Below the pieces are notes generated by a model that did not search any database, was not told the origin of the DNA, and saw only the letters and a program-made list of their open reading frames with translations. Made by a program: the position numbers and the translations under genes. Source: Candidatus Melainabacteria bacterium 17Bon1m (GTDB taxonomy: Bacteria > Cyanobacteriota > Vampirovibrionia > Obscuribacterales > Obscuribacteraceae). From it: 64,000 bases of DNA. Positions 1-8,555 of the stretch are shown here, one piece after another. Each line of letters opens with the position of its first letter. Position 1 is the stretch's first letter. The DNA lies in the NCBI GenBank assembly GCA_032128875.1, contig JAVLKG010000004.1:320001-384000 (forward strand). The letters run 5' to 3'.

Positions 1-1
1 T

Positions 2-268
2 TACGATCCTCTATTCAAACGAATTCGCTCATGGCAGTATGACTGGAGTGGCGGATATGGCGAATCAAGATGGTTCAAGTCCGGCAACGGAACCGATTGG
101 GAGTCCGATGGTTGCTCTGTTCAACCTGATGGATCTACTGGTTCTGCGAGATACTTATTCAAAAAAGTCGACAACAACACCTTCACCTGGCAATCTACTT
201 CACGAAGATTGCTCGGCCGGCGATTGCCTGACTCTGCGGTTCTAACAGCGAAAAGGACAGGCAGTTAG
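2..268 (+). CDS. 3' end of a gene entering the window; resembles the C-terminal domain of SgcJ/EcaC (NTF2-like/DUF4440) family proteins
   Basis: Frame +2 is open from base 2 to TAG at 266-268 (YDPLFKRIRSWQYDWSGGYGESRW...PDGSTGSA...VDNNTFTWQST...LPD). The DP-x3-IRSW-x2-D-x2-GG-x-G and FTWQS motifs are recalled from PVC-superphylum proteins. Not in the ORF track. Confidence 0.6.
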   Translation, partial: YDPLFKRIRSWQYDWSGGYGESRWFKSGNGTDWESDGCSVQPDGSTGSARYLFKKVDNNTFTWQSTSRRLLGRRLPDSAVLTAKRTGS

Positions 269-312
269 TAATCTTACTCGTTTATTGTCGAACAAACTTT
301 TGGTGAATTGAT

Positions 313-1413
313 ATGAAATTCAAAAACAAAGTAACGATTTTGATGGTCGCATCTCTGGTATTGCCTGTGGTGTTCGTTGAAGCTGGTTTCTGCCGGGGTG
401 GATTCGGTGGTGGCGGTGGAGGGTTTGGAGGCGGAGGCCGAAGCTTCGGTGGTGGTAGCTTTGATCGAGGCGGTTTTGGTGGCGGTTTCGACCGCGGAGG
501 AATAGGCCGTGGTGATGATTTCGATCGCTTTAATGACGGTTTCGATCACCCTGGTGCTTCTGCATTCGGTGGTGACAATGCAGGCATTCGCGCAGGTGAG
601 ACCGGGGTTCGTGATTTCGGCGGAGTCGACAGAGGTCTTGCTGCAGATGGTGGTTTTGGACGGGTAATGGATACTCCCGCCGCAGGTTTGGCTGGTCGCG
701 CCGGAACATACGCCATGTCGCCGAGAGCGCTAGCTGATCATTGGAACAACGTAAATGGAAACTTCAACCACTGGGGCTACTACGATCGTAATTGGTGGAA
801 CAACCATCCCTACTATTGGTACAACCGATATTGGGGAGATAATTGGGCTTGGGGATGGACAGGCTGGGGCGATCTTGGCGGCTGGTGGGGAATGGATGTA
901 GATTCCGATCCGGTTTATTACGATTACGGAAACAATATCACCTATCAGGGCGACCAAGTCTATTACGGCTCGCAGCCACTAGAATCGACTGATACTTATT
1001 ACACACAAGCACAAGCATTGGCTCAAACAGCTCCGCCTACTCCTACGACTCCCATGTCGGATGCTGAGCAAAAGAAAAATGTGAACAGCATGAAGCCGCT
1101 TGGTGTGTACGCGCTTGTGTCCGGCGATCAGACTGATAGCTCTCAGCTGTTCCAGATCGCAGTAGACAAGAAAGGCATCATCCGCGGCACTTACTTCAAT
1201 CAGGTGACAAATCTGAGCAAGCCGATCTCTGGTGCTGTAGATAAAAAGAATCAACGTGCTTGCTTCACAATCGATGGAAACAAGAATGTTGTTTATGACA
1301 CCGCTATCGGTAATTTGTTAAAGCAGTCGAGCCCTATTTTGGTGCACTATTCGAAATCCAACACGCAGCAACTCACGCTGGTGCGCTTGAAGAAAAACTC
1401 AAGTACGTCCTAA
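313..1413 (+). CDS. Secreted Gly-rich / Trp-Tyr-rich protein ('protocadherin-like putative cell-surface protein' type)
   Basis: Signal peptide, RGG/GGF low-complexity region, W/Y/N-rich segment, then a domain with YYDYGNNITYQGDQVY...PLGVYALV...QIAVDKKGIIRGTY. Confidence 0.75.
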   Translation: MKFKNKVTILMVASLVLPVVFVEAGFCRGGFGGGGGGFGGGGRSFGGGSFDRGGFGGGFDRGGIGRGDDFDRFNDGFDHPGASAFGGDNAGIRAGETGVRDFGGVDRGLAADGGFGRVMDTPAAGLAGRAGTYAMSPRALADHWNNVNGNFNHWGYYDRNWWNNHPYYWYNRYWGDNWAWGWTGWGDLGGWWGMDVDSDPVYYDYGNNITYQGDQVYYGSQPLESTDTYYTQAQALAQTAPPTPTTPMSDAEQKKNVNSMKPLGVYALVSGDQTDSSQLFQIAVDKKGIIRGTYFNQVTNLSKPISGAVDKKNQRACFTIDGNKNVVYDTAIGNLLKQSSPILVHYSKSNTQQLTLVRLKKNSSTS

Positions 1414-3320
1414 GCGTCTTGCGATTCGCCAGTCTCGTTGCAGTGATTGGTGATTACATCAAGGAATGTCTGACCTAAATCTCGCAGTTTTGAGTCACCG
1501 ATTCCGCTGACCATTCTCATTCGCTCTAACGATGATGGGCGAATGCGTGCCAGTTCGCGCAATGTGCTGTCTGGGAAAATGATGTATGGTGGCACGCGTC
1601 TTTGGTCAGCCAATTCTCTGCGCAATTCGCGCATGGTTTCGAAGAGATCGCGATCCACGCCATCCCATGATCCAGACTCTGCTTTTGATAGTTTTGCGCG
1701 CTCGCCTTTCTTTCTCTCTGCTGGTTTTAGCAAACGAATGTTTGTTCGTTCACCCCGCATTACTTGCCACGATCCGCCGTTGAGTTTCAAAATCGGAACT
1801 GAGCGCCCGTATGATTCGACGTTTTCTTGAACAAGCACTTCCTGGCTTATGAGCTGATAAGCCCAGTCCCTGATGTCGTTGACGTGATACTCCTTCAGCA
1901 ATCCATAGGTGCTGAGCGAATTGCCACCGCGGTTTTTGATTTCTTGGGAATTCTCGCCTCGCAGAACAGCGGCGACGTAGCCAATGCCGTATTTCTCTTT
2001 CAAGCGTGCCACACAGGAGAGAATCTTTTGTGCAATGACGAGTGCACCATCAACTTCTACTGTTTCACCCAAACAAATGTCGCAGGCACCACAATTGTCT
2101 TTTTCGTAGGTTTGCCCGAAGTGTGCCACAAGAAGTGCGTGACGACATGCGGCGCCGCGGCAGTAACGGTCCATCATATTGAGATGTTCAAAAGATGTTT
2201 CAAGATAAGAAAGGTCATTGTCCTGGTATTGAAACTGATTTTGATTTTGATCGGATGCAGCTTTCTGCATGATGGCTTTCCATGTGAAAACATCAGCGCC
2301 CGAATGCAAAAGCACGCACTCAGCTTCCAAGCCATCTCGTCCAGCTCTGCCTGTTTCCTGTTGGTACGCTTCTAACGATTTCGGCATCGCTGTATGTAAA
2401 ACGTAGCGAACATTCGATCTGTCGATGCCCATTCCGAATGCTACAGTAGCAACCACCACGTCGCAGTGTTCTTCTGAAAAAGCCTCTTGTGTTTCTGCTC
2501 TTTCTTGCGCAGTCATGCCGGCATGGTACGGCATTGCTTTGATACCTGCTTCTTTCAGGTCGCGTGTCAATTCATCGACTTCCGCCCGTCGGATGCAATA
2601 GATAATTCCGCCTTCTTTGCGATGCTTATCGATCACCGAAAGCACTTGTCTCAAAGTGCCACCACGTCGCGAGATAATGCGATAAGTAAGATTAGAGCGG
2701 TCGAAATTACCGATCAAAACTTCCGGGTCTTTGAGCCCGAGTTGCTGAATTATGTCTGTGCGAACTTGTTCGGTTGCAGTAGCAGTGTAAGCATGCACTG
2801 AAGCTTTCGGAAACATCGACTTCAGCAAACGCAATTGTCGATATTCTGGACGAAAGTCGTGACCCCAATGGCTGATGCAGTGCGCTTCGTCGATTGCAAA
2901 TGTTCGCACATCGATTTTGCGAAGAAGATCTTGAGTGTCAGTTTGACATAAACGTTCGGGCGAGACGAAAAGTAAGCGAATCTTGCCGTTTAGAATATCT
3001 CGCTCCGCTTGTTGGCGTGCTTCCGGTGTCAGCGAACTGTTGAGCTGAATTGCAGAGATCCCTGAAGCGAGGAGCCCATCGACTTGATCTTTCATCAGTG
3101 ATATCAGTGGCGATATCACAACAGTAGTATCACCACGTAAAACAGCAGGCGCCTGAAAGCAAAGAGACTTTCCTCCGCCGGTCGGCATGACCACCAGCGA
3201 GTCGCGTCCGTTCAAAACCGAACACATCGCCGGCTCTTGCAACGGGCGCAGTTCTCGAATTCCCCAATGTTTGGCGACAAGCTCGCGCAGTTGGGGAATT
3301 TGCGTCGAAAGGGTCTGCAT
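1410..3320 (-). CDS. recQ: ATP-dependent DNA helicase RecQ
   Basis: MPTGGGKSLC Walker A, DEAHCISHWGHDFRPEY, ATVAFGMGID, QETGRAGRDG, Zn-binding RQC cysteines and C-terminal HRDC (VPPYIIFPD). Start placed at ATG 3320 (MQTLS); the ORF track extends to 3416. Confidence 0.97.
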   Translation of the reverse strand: MQTLSTQIPQLRELVAKHWGIRELRPLQEPAMCSVLNGRDSLVVMPTGGGKSLCFQAPAVLRGDTTVVISPLISLMKDQVDGLLASGISAIQLNSSLTPEARQQAERDILNGKIRLLFVSPERLCQTDTQDLLRKIDVRTFAIDEAHCISHWGHDFRPEYRQLRLLKSMFPKASVHAYTATATEQVRTDIIQQLGLKDPEVLIGNFDRSNLTYRIISRRGGTLRQVLSVIDKHRKEGGIIYCIRRAEVDELTRDLKEAGIKAMPYHAGMTAQERAETQEAFSEEHCDVVVATVAFGMGIDRSNVRYVLHTAMPKSLEAYQQETGRAGRDGLEAECVLLHSGADVFTWKAIMQKAASDQNQNQFQYQDNDLSYLETSFEHLNMMDRYCRGAACRHALLVAHFGQTYEKDNCGACDICLGETVEVDGALVIAQKILSCVARLKEKYGIGYVAAVLRGENSQEIKNRGGNSLSTYGLLKEYHVNDIRDWAYQLISQEVLVQENVESYGRSVPILKLNGGSWQVMRGERTNIRLLKPAERKKGERAKLSKAESGSWDGVDRDLFETMRELRRELADQRRVPPYIIFPDSTLRELARIRPSSLERMRMVSGIGDSKLRDLGQTFLDVITNHCNETGESQDA

Positions 3321-3522
3321 GTGGTTGACCGGGGTGTCCTGAAGTGAAGCTCCAAAATAGATCATAAGCTGGCATATCTCCGTTAAAGCCAGACTGCGTC
3401 CGAAAAAGAACTTCATTTGACAGCTGGTGCTTATGGTCGTTTGGCGAATATATCGACTTTATTGAATGTGGAATTGTGCAAGAATATGCGTTAAGTGTTG
3501 AGTTTCAAGTAGGAGGCAGCGC

Positions 3523-5133
3523 ATGTCCCGAGTATTCAGCCGCAGAAAGATTTTGGGCGTAGCAGCACTGGGTGCGGCGGGCATGGTTTTTGGGCGGAAA
3601 TTGCTTTCACAGGCAGGCGAAGGCATCGGCAAGTGGAACGCCGGTGGAATAGGCTCAAACGAACTGCAGGCCAGCACCGAGATAGTAAACGCCGGCAACC
3701 TGAAGCAATCTTTCGAGCAGCTCGGACAGTACATCTACTTGACACCTCAAAAGCTGGGCGGGGGCACGCATGCGGTCGATTTGAATTCCGGACGCACGTT
3801 GGCGTGGATTAGTTACTGGAACTACGGTGACTCTTGTCCGATTTCGCACCACCTTGCCGCATATCCTTCGCCGGATCCGTACAAAGGCTTCGAATTCTTG
3901 AATTCAACTCAGGGCGGCGACAACGTCATGATTTATGGTTTGCCCACACGCATTAAAGAGCGTGGACTGACCGGAAAGTGGGGAATGGGTAACCACATCT
4001 ACCGCGTGCAGTTTGACGGGCAGTCGATGAACCTTATGGAAGACATTGCCGAAACAACCGGCATTGGTCTGGGAGTTCACACTACTATTTATCCGGATGC
4101 TTCCGGCTTTGCAGGAGCTGATGGACAGAAAGATGTATGCGCATTCTTCAATCGCGCGGTAGGCACAGAAAAGACTCAAGTACAAATGGCATTTCGTGCT
4201 GACTGGATTGGAGCCAATCCCAATGGCGGTATGGAAGAAAACTGGTCAAAAGGCGGGAAGATTCGCCTCACTCGATTGAATGCTGCAAAAGAAACCGGCA
4301 GATATGAGCTGGAAGGCACCAAGGGCAACAAAATTGATTGGGAAATGGTGCCTATGGCAGAGTATCTGGTTTACACAGGACAGTTGCCTGGTGACAATCC
4401 GAAAGGATTGAGCGGGTTGGATGCAGTAGTGCACCATCCAAGCGGACGCTATTCTGCGTTGATTATTCGTATGCTCTCATGTGCGATCATCATAGACCGG
4501 CATAATTGGGAGCCTGTCTGCTGTTTGCACTGCCCTGAAGGTTCGCCCGGCAATCTGGCAGTAACAAAAGTGAGCTCCGGACCAGACACCTGGGAAATTA
4601 AGTTGGACGACGTAAAATGTGTCGGACACGAAGCGGGATTTTCGCCGGACGGCAAATCTTTCTTGATGATGAATAACATCAAGCAAAATAATATGGCCGT
4701 GTTCGACACTGCTGATGCTGATCCGCGCAATTGGAAGAAAATCACTTACGTTAAAGATCCGACTTGGAGCGGTGACTATCCGAGTCCTTTTCACCTGTGC
4801 TTTTCTGTTGACGGCAGCAAAATGTTTGTTTCCGTACTTTATCCAAAACCAGCTAACAGCGGATGTTGCGTAGTTGATACCAAGACTTGGAAGATCATCA
4901 AGAAATTCCAAAATATTGGACCCGACTGTCAAACCATGGCTGTCACATACGACGGCAAATATGTTTTCCAGATCTTCAGCGGATTTCAACGAATGTCTAG
5001 CGGAGCATTTATTTTCACGCAAGACACTTTGGAGCCGGTTGGCTATTTGCCAAACTTCGGTGGTCACCACGACTGCGTGATAGTACCTACCAAAGTCGAG
5101 CAGCTCAAGAACAGCCGCTGCACCACTCTCTAA
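3523..5133 (+). CDS. tcdh: Tat-exported thiocyanate dehydrogenase (TcDH)-like copper beta-propeller enzyme with one Cu ligand substituted (His to Gln)
   Basis: AGGAGG RBS and twin-arginine SRRKIL. Motifs CPISHHLAAYPSPDPYK, GLGVH, DGQKD, GTKGNKIDWE, GHEAGFSPDG, PFH, GHHD and a C-terminal SRCTT match my recollection of Thioalkalivibrio TcDH. Confidence 0.85.
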   Translation: MSRVFSRRKILGVAALGAAGMVFGRKLLSQAGEGIGKWNAGGIGSNELQASTEIVNAGNLKQSFEQLGQYIYLTPQKLGGGTHAVDLNSGRTLAWISYWNYGDSCPISHHLAAYPSPDPYKGFEFLNSTQGGDNVMIYGLPTRIKERGLTGKWGMGNHIYRVQFDGQSMNLMEDIAETTGIGLGVHTTIYPDASGFAGADGQKDVCAFFNRAVGTEKTQVQMAFRADWIGANPNGGMEENWSKGGKIRLTRLNAAKETGRYELEGTKGNKIDWEMVPMAEYLVYTGQLPGDNPKGLSGLDAVVHHPSGRYSALIIRMLSCAIIIDRHNWEPVCCLHCPEGSPGNLAVTKVSSGPDTWEIKLDDVKCVGHEAGFSPDGKSFLMMNNIKQNNMAVFDTADADPRNWKKITYVKDPTWSGDYPSPFHLCFSVDGSKMFVSVLYPKPANSGCCVVDTKTWKIIKKFQNIGPDCQTMAVTYDGKYVFQIFSGFQRMSSGAFIFTQDTLEPVGYLPNFGGHHDCVIVPTKVEQLKNSRCTTL

Positions 5134-5157
5134 CGCTGAATATCGAGGCAAGAGACG

Positions 5158-6450
5158 GTGTCGCTCGAACAAGGTGAGAAAACATCAGGTCGCCGGGCTG
5201 GTGCGACTTTGTTTTTGTTTTCTCGTCTTGCATTGCAAAATGTCTTGCGGCGTCCTGCACGCACTTTGATGTTGGTGTTAGCAGTGACCCTATCTACGGG
5301 CGGCGTCTTCGCATCGTATACGGTGGCTAGCGGCATCAAAGACAGTATGGACAGAAGCTTTTCTCGAATGGGAGCAGATCTGATTGTGGTGCCTTCGCGG
5401 GCGATGGTTAACATTACGAGCGCACTACTCACTGTTCAACCGACGGATGAGTTGATCGACAATAGCCTGATCGACGAAATTCGAAAGCTCGATGGAATCG
5501 CTCAAGTTGCGCCGCAGACATATTTGCAAGTACCGATTATGTCGGGAATGCCGGAGTGTAAAGCCAACCTCATAGCCTTTGATTCAAAGAACGATTTCAC
5601 TGTATTACCGTGGATGGTGACACATGCACCGCGACCCATGGTGCCTGGAGATATTCTTGCTGGGAGTCGTAGAGCTGAAACAGTCGGCGACGAAATTGCA
5701 CCCTGTAATCAGCCGGTAAATATCTATGGAAAGTTGGGAAGAAGTGGCGTCGGTCCATTGGACGATTCATTTTTTACCACTTATGAAACTGTAGAACTTC
5801 TGCAATCTAGATTGAGGCAAAATGCCGGCAGCTCGGGAAATTCAAAAGAATCAGGAACAGATTCACTGTCCAACTTCAATCGCTCGCGAATTTCAGCGAT
5901 TTTAGTAAAACTAAAATTTGGAGCTACTCCAGAACAAGCACGTTTTTCAATAGCCAAACTCCCTGGTGTAAAAGTGGTCACCGGCGCGACTATTGTTACT
6001 TCGACGCGGCAAGCAACCACAGCACTACTTGGTGGCATGCTGGGTTTTACTGGCATGATGCTTATTGCGATGCTGATTATGGTAAGCCTGTTGTTCTCCG
6101 GCATAATTTTCGAGCGGCGCCGTGAGGTCGGGTTGTTACGCGCCATCGGCTCCAGGCATGTTGATGTAATGCGCATGCTTCTTGCAGAAGCCGTTTTCAC
6201 CACCGCACTAGGCGGTTTTACCGGCATCATATTTGGTGCCGGACTGTTGTTGGTTTTCCAACGCTCTTTGGTCTATTACCTCGAGACATTACATATCGAT
6301 TTCGCCTGGCCTGAACCACTGGCTATTTTCAGTGTCGCCATTATGTGTTCTATTGCCTCTGCGCTTGTTGGATTACTTGGCGCTCTGGTGCCGGCATGGA
6401 AAGCAAGTCTTGAAGAGCCTTATCTCCTCATTCAAGGTGAGGGCGGATAA
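5158..6450 (+). CDS. ABC transporter permease, FtsX/MacB/LolC family
   Basis: N-terminal TM, large extracytoplasmic domain (MGADLIVVP), ERRREVGLLRAIGS motif and further C-terminal TM helices. GTG start 24 nt after the TcDH-like gene. Confidence 0.92.
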   Translation: MSLEQGEKTSGRRAGATLFLFSRLALQNVLRRPARTLMLVLAVTLSTGGVFASYTVASGIKDSMDRSFSRMGADLIVVPSRAMVNITSALLTVQPTDELIDNSLIDEIRKLDGIAQVAPQTYLQVPIMSGMPECKANLIAFDSKNDFTVLPWMVTHAPRPMVPGDILAGSRRAETVGDEIAPCNQPVNIYGKLGRSGVGPLDDSFFTTYETVELLQSRLRQNAGSSGNSKESGTDSLSNFNRSRISAILVKLKFGATPEQARFSIAKLPGVKVVTGATIVTSTRQATTALLGGMLGFTGMMLIAMLIMVSLLFSGIIFERRREVGLLRAIGSRHVDVMRMLLAEAVFTTALGGFTGIIFGAGLLLVFQRSLVYYLETLHIDFAWPEPLAIFSVAIMCSIASALVGLLGALVPAWKASLEEPYLLIQGEGG

Positions 6451-7835
6451 TGCTGACTCTGCACTCAATTGGAAAAAGCTATGGCGGTGAGCAAACTGTT
6501 GAAGCCGTCAAGAATGTCAGTCTAGATTTGCAGGAAGGTAAATCTCTGGCGATTGTTGGTCGCTCCGGCTCTGGAAAGTCTACATTGCTGGGGATGATCG
6601 GCGGAATTAGCAGACCGACGAGTGGGCAGGTTTTGATCGACGGTGTTGATCAGTGGAAATTGAACGACAGCGGCAGGGCTGATTTGCGAAATCAAAAACT
6701 GGGATTTGTTTTTCAATTTGCAAGTCTGCTTCCGTCCTTGAGAGCTGTAGATAATGTCGCGCTTCCATGTTTGATTTCTGGTTCTATTCCGGCGCGTGAG
6801 GCCTACGCGAGAGCACATGCTCTTTTGAATCGAGTTGGTTTGTCTCATCGCTATGATTCGTTCCCTGGACAATTGTCAGGCGGCGAGCAGCGCAGAGTGG
6901 CAATCGCCCGTGCACTAGTAAACTCGCCTCGATTGCTGCTTGCTGATGAGCCGACCGCTGATTTGGATGAAGCAACAGAATCGGAAATATTGAATCTGTT
7001 GATTGATATTCATCGCGCCTTGAATGTGACACTAGTGATGGTGACGCACAATCCCGATATTGCGGCCCGGGCGGATCACATCATTGAGATGCGAGCGGGC
7101 GAGACAGTTTCTCGAAAAGATACTTCCCAAACCGACATTAAGACTGCAGAGATTGAAACAATCACCAGCTTGTATGAAGTTTCTCCTGAAAAGGCTGCTG
7201 CGGAAAAAGTGAGACTAGGCGAAGGACTTGAAGTTTTCGTCGGCCGCTTGGTCATGTGGATTGTGCCTATTTGTGTGATTGCGTGGTGCTTGAATTGGGC
7301 TGTCGCTGATTACGAGCGCAGTGAAATACAAGCTAAAGCACAACGCCGAATGGCGCTTGAAGAATTAGCAATGCAAGGATTGCGCGCGGACGTGAAGAGC
7401 GTCGAATTCGGTAAAGGGAAAACTTATGTAGTCACGCTCTACCTTCGCAACACGAAAGGAGACGAACCTTTATATGTGATGTCGCCGATGGTAAGAGGTT
7501 TTGTGCAAGTCGGGACAAGCTGGCTCGAAGTACCAATGAAGTCACTCGAATCTGGAAGCGCTCAAGTTTTGAAAGTAACAGGAACCCAGCTTCTGAAGTA
7601 CGAAATGGAGCCGGATGTTCCGGATTTTACACAACTGCTTCCTTATTACATGCATGTTCGCCTTACCAACGACATGCTGATTAGTCCGCGTAGCCAACCA
7701 AAGGACGATCTAGTTGAGCGCAATGACAGTTATTACGTCTATTTGAAACCGCATGATGCCGATGACAACGCTATCCTCGGCAAAATGAAGTTTCCCGGGA
7801 GGCCACCAGTGTGGATTCCGATGCCTCCGCACTGA
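6450..7835 (+). CDS. ABC ATP-binding protein (LolD/MacB type) fused to a TM helix and an uncharacterised C-terminal domain
   Basis: GRSGSGKST, LSGGEQRRVAIARA, LLADEPT and VTH motifs in the first ~225 aa, then hydrophobic LVMWIVPICVIAWCLNW and ~170 extra aa. TAATG stop/start overlap with the permease. Confidence 0.92.
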   Translation: MLTLHSIGKSYGGEQTVEAVKNVSLDLQEGKSLAIVGRSGSGKSTLLGMIGGISRPTSGQVLIDGVDQWKLNDSGRADLRNQKLGFVFQFASLLPSLRAVDNVALPCLISGSIPAREAYARAHALLNRVGLSHRYDSFPGQLSGGEQRRVAIARALVNSPRLLLADEPTADLDEATESEILNLLIDIHRALNVTLVMVTHNPDIAARADHIIEMRAGETVSRKDTSQTDIKTAEIETITSLYEVSPEKAAAEKVRLGEGLEVFVGRLVMWIVPICVIAWCLNWAVADYERSEIQAKAQRRMALEELAMQGLRADVKSVEFGKGKTYVVTLYLRNTKGDEPLYVMSPMVRGFVQVGTSWLEVPMKSLESGSAQVLKVTGTQLLKYEMEPDVPDFTQLLPYYMHVRLTNDMLISPRSQPKDDLVERNDSYYVYLKPHDADDNAILGKMKFPGRPPVWIPMPPH

Positions 7836-7875
7836 GAAATCTGAGCCAACTCATAAAACAGGCAAAAAGCAGAAC

Positions 7876-7905
7876 GGGCAAGTCAATCGACTTGCCCATC
7901 CTTTT
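7876..7905. terminator. Probable bidirectional intrinsic terminator
   Basis: GGGCAAGTC-aatc-GACTTGCCC hairpin between convergent genes, with an A-tract before and a T-tract after. Confidence 0.7.
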
Positions 7906-7943
7906 ATACGTTCGCTAAAGCTCGTATTCGTGTCGGTCGCAAA

Positions 7944-8228
7944 TTAGTATTTGCGTCCGCCACCGCCTCCGCCGCCTTTCGGCTTCGGTTGAGCGATGCT
8001 TACTGCGATTTGACGACCTTCGCAATCTCTTCCATTGAGACCTTTGATGGCTGCTTCGGCTTCTGCCTGGCTGCCCATCTCAACGAATGCGAATCCCCGT
8101 TTTCTGCCGGTTTCGCGGTCGGTCGGTATGGAGCAGGACACGACGGTGCCAAATTCACCAAACAGTGACTCGAGTTCTGCTTCCGAGAGTTTAAAAGAGA
8201 GGTTACCTACGAAAAGTTTGTTATTCAT
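7944..8228 (-). CDS. Single-RRM RNA-binding protein with Gly-rich tail (cyanobacterial Rbp-like)
   Basis: RNP2 LFVGNL, RNP1 RGFAFVEM, C-terminal GGGGGGGRKY. Start at ATG 8228 (MNNKLF). Confidence 0.95.
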   Translation of the reverse strand: MNNKLFVGNLSFKLSEAELESLFGEFGTVVSCSIPTDRETGRKRGFAFVEMGSQAEAEAAIKGLNGRDCEGRQIAVSIAQPKPKGGGGGGGRKY

Positions 8229-8555
8229 GCGAAATACCGGAAAAAAATGTGAACATTGAATCGTCATTATCGCACGCCGGCGCACATCTTCAACGCTTTT
8301 CCACTTTGATACTGCTATGTTTTGCCTAAAACTGTAGACCCCGAAACGACGTCCAGCGCTTAATCCCCTGCTGGGCGGCACTTTTGGGTAGCCAAGCGAT
8401 ACGGAAATGTCGGTTAAAATTCGTTTCGTGTTCGTACGCCCTCTAACAAGAAAAGTCCCCGAGAAACCGCGCCCGTCTGGCAGATGCTTCGATGGGCGAG
8501 CGGGTTTGTGAGCAAACTGTTAGACTTTGCCTTTATTTGGTTTTTGGTGGAAATA

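Noticed and set aside
39-245. 68-aa ORF in the ORF track
   Set aside because: It overlaps a more protein-like open frame (2-268) with recognisable motifs, so it is probably the wrong frame.
394-560. GGT/GGC-rich repetitive DNA
   Set aside because: It encodes the Gly-rich protein region; not a CRISPR array or independent DNA repeat.
3523-5133. Nitrous oxide reductase or nitrite reductase assignment for the propeller protein
   Set aside because: No CuA cupredoxin domain and no CxxCH motif; the motifs fit TcDH instead.
4477-5172. 231-aa antisense ORF and the many other shadow ORFs in the track
   Set aside because: They lie opposite or inside well-supported genes and have no recognisable motifs.
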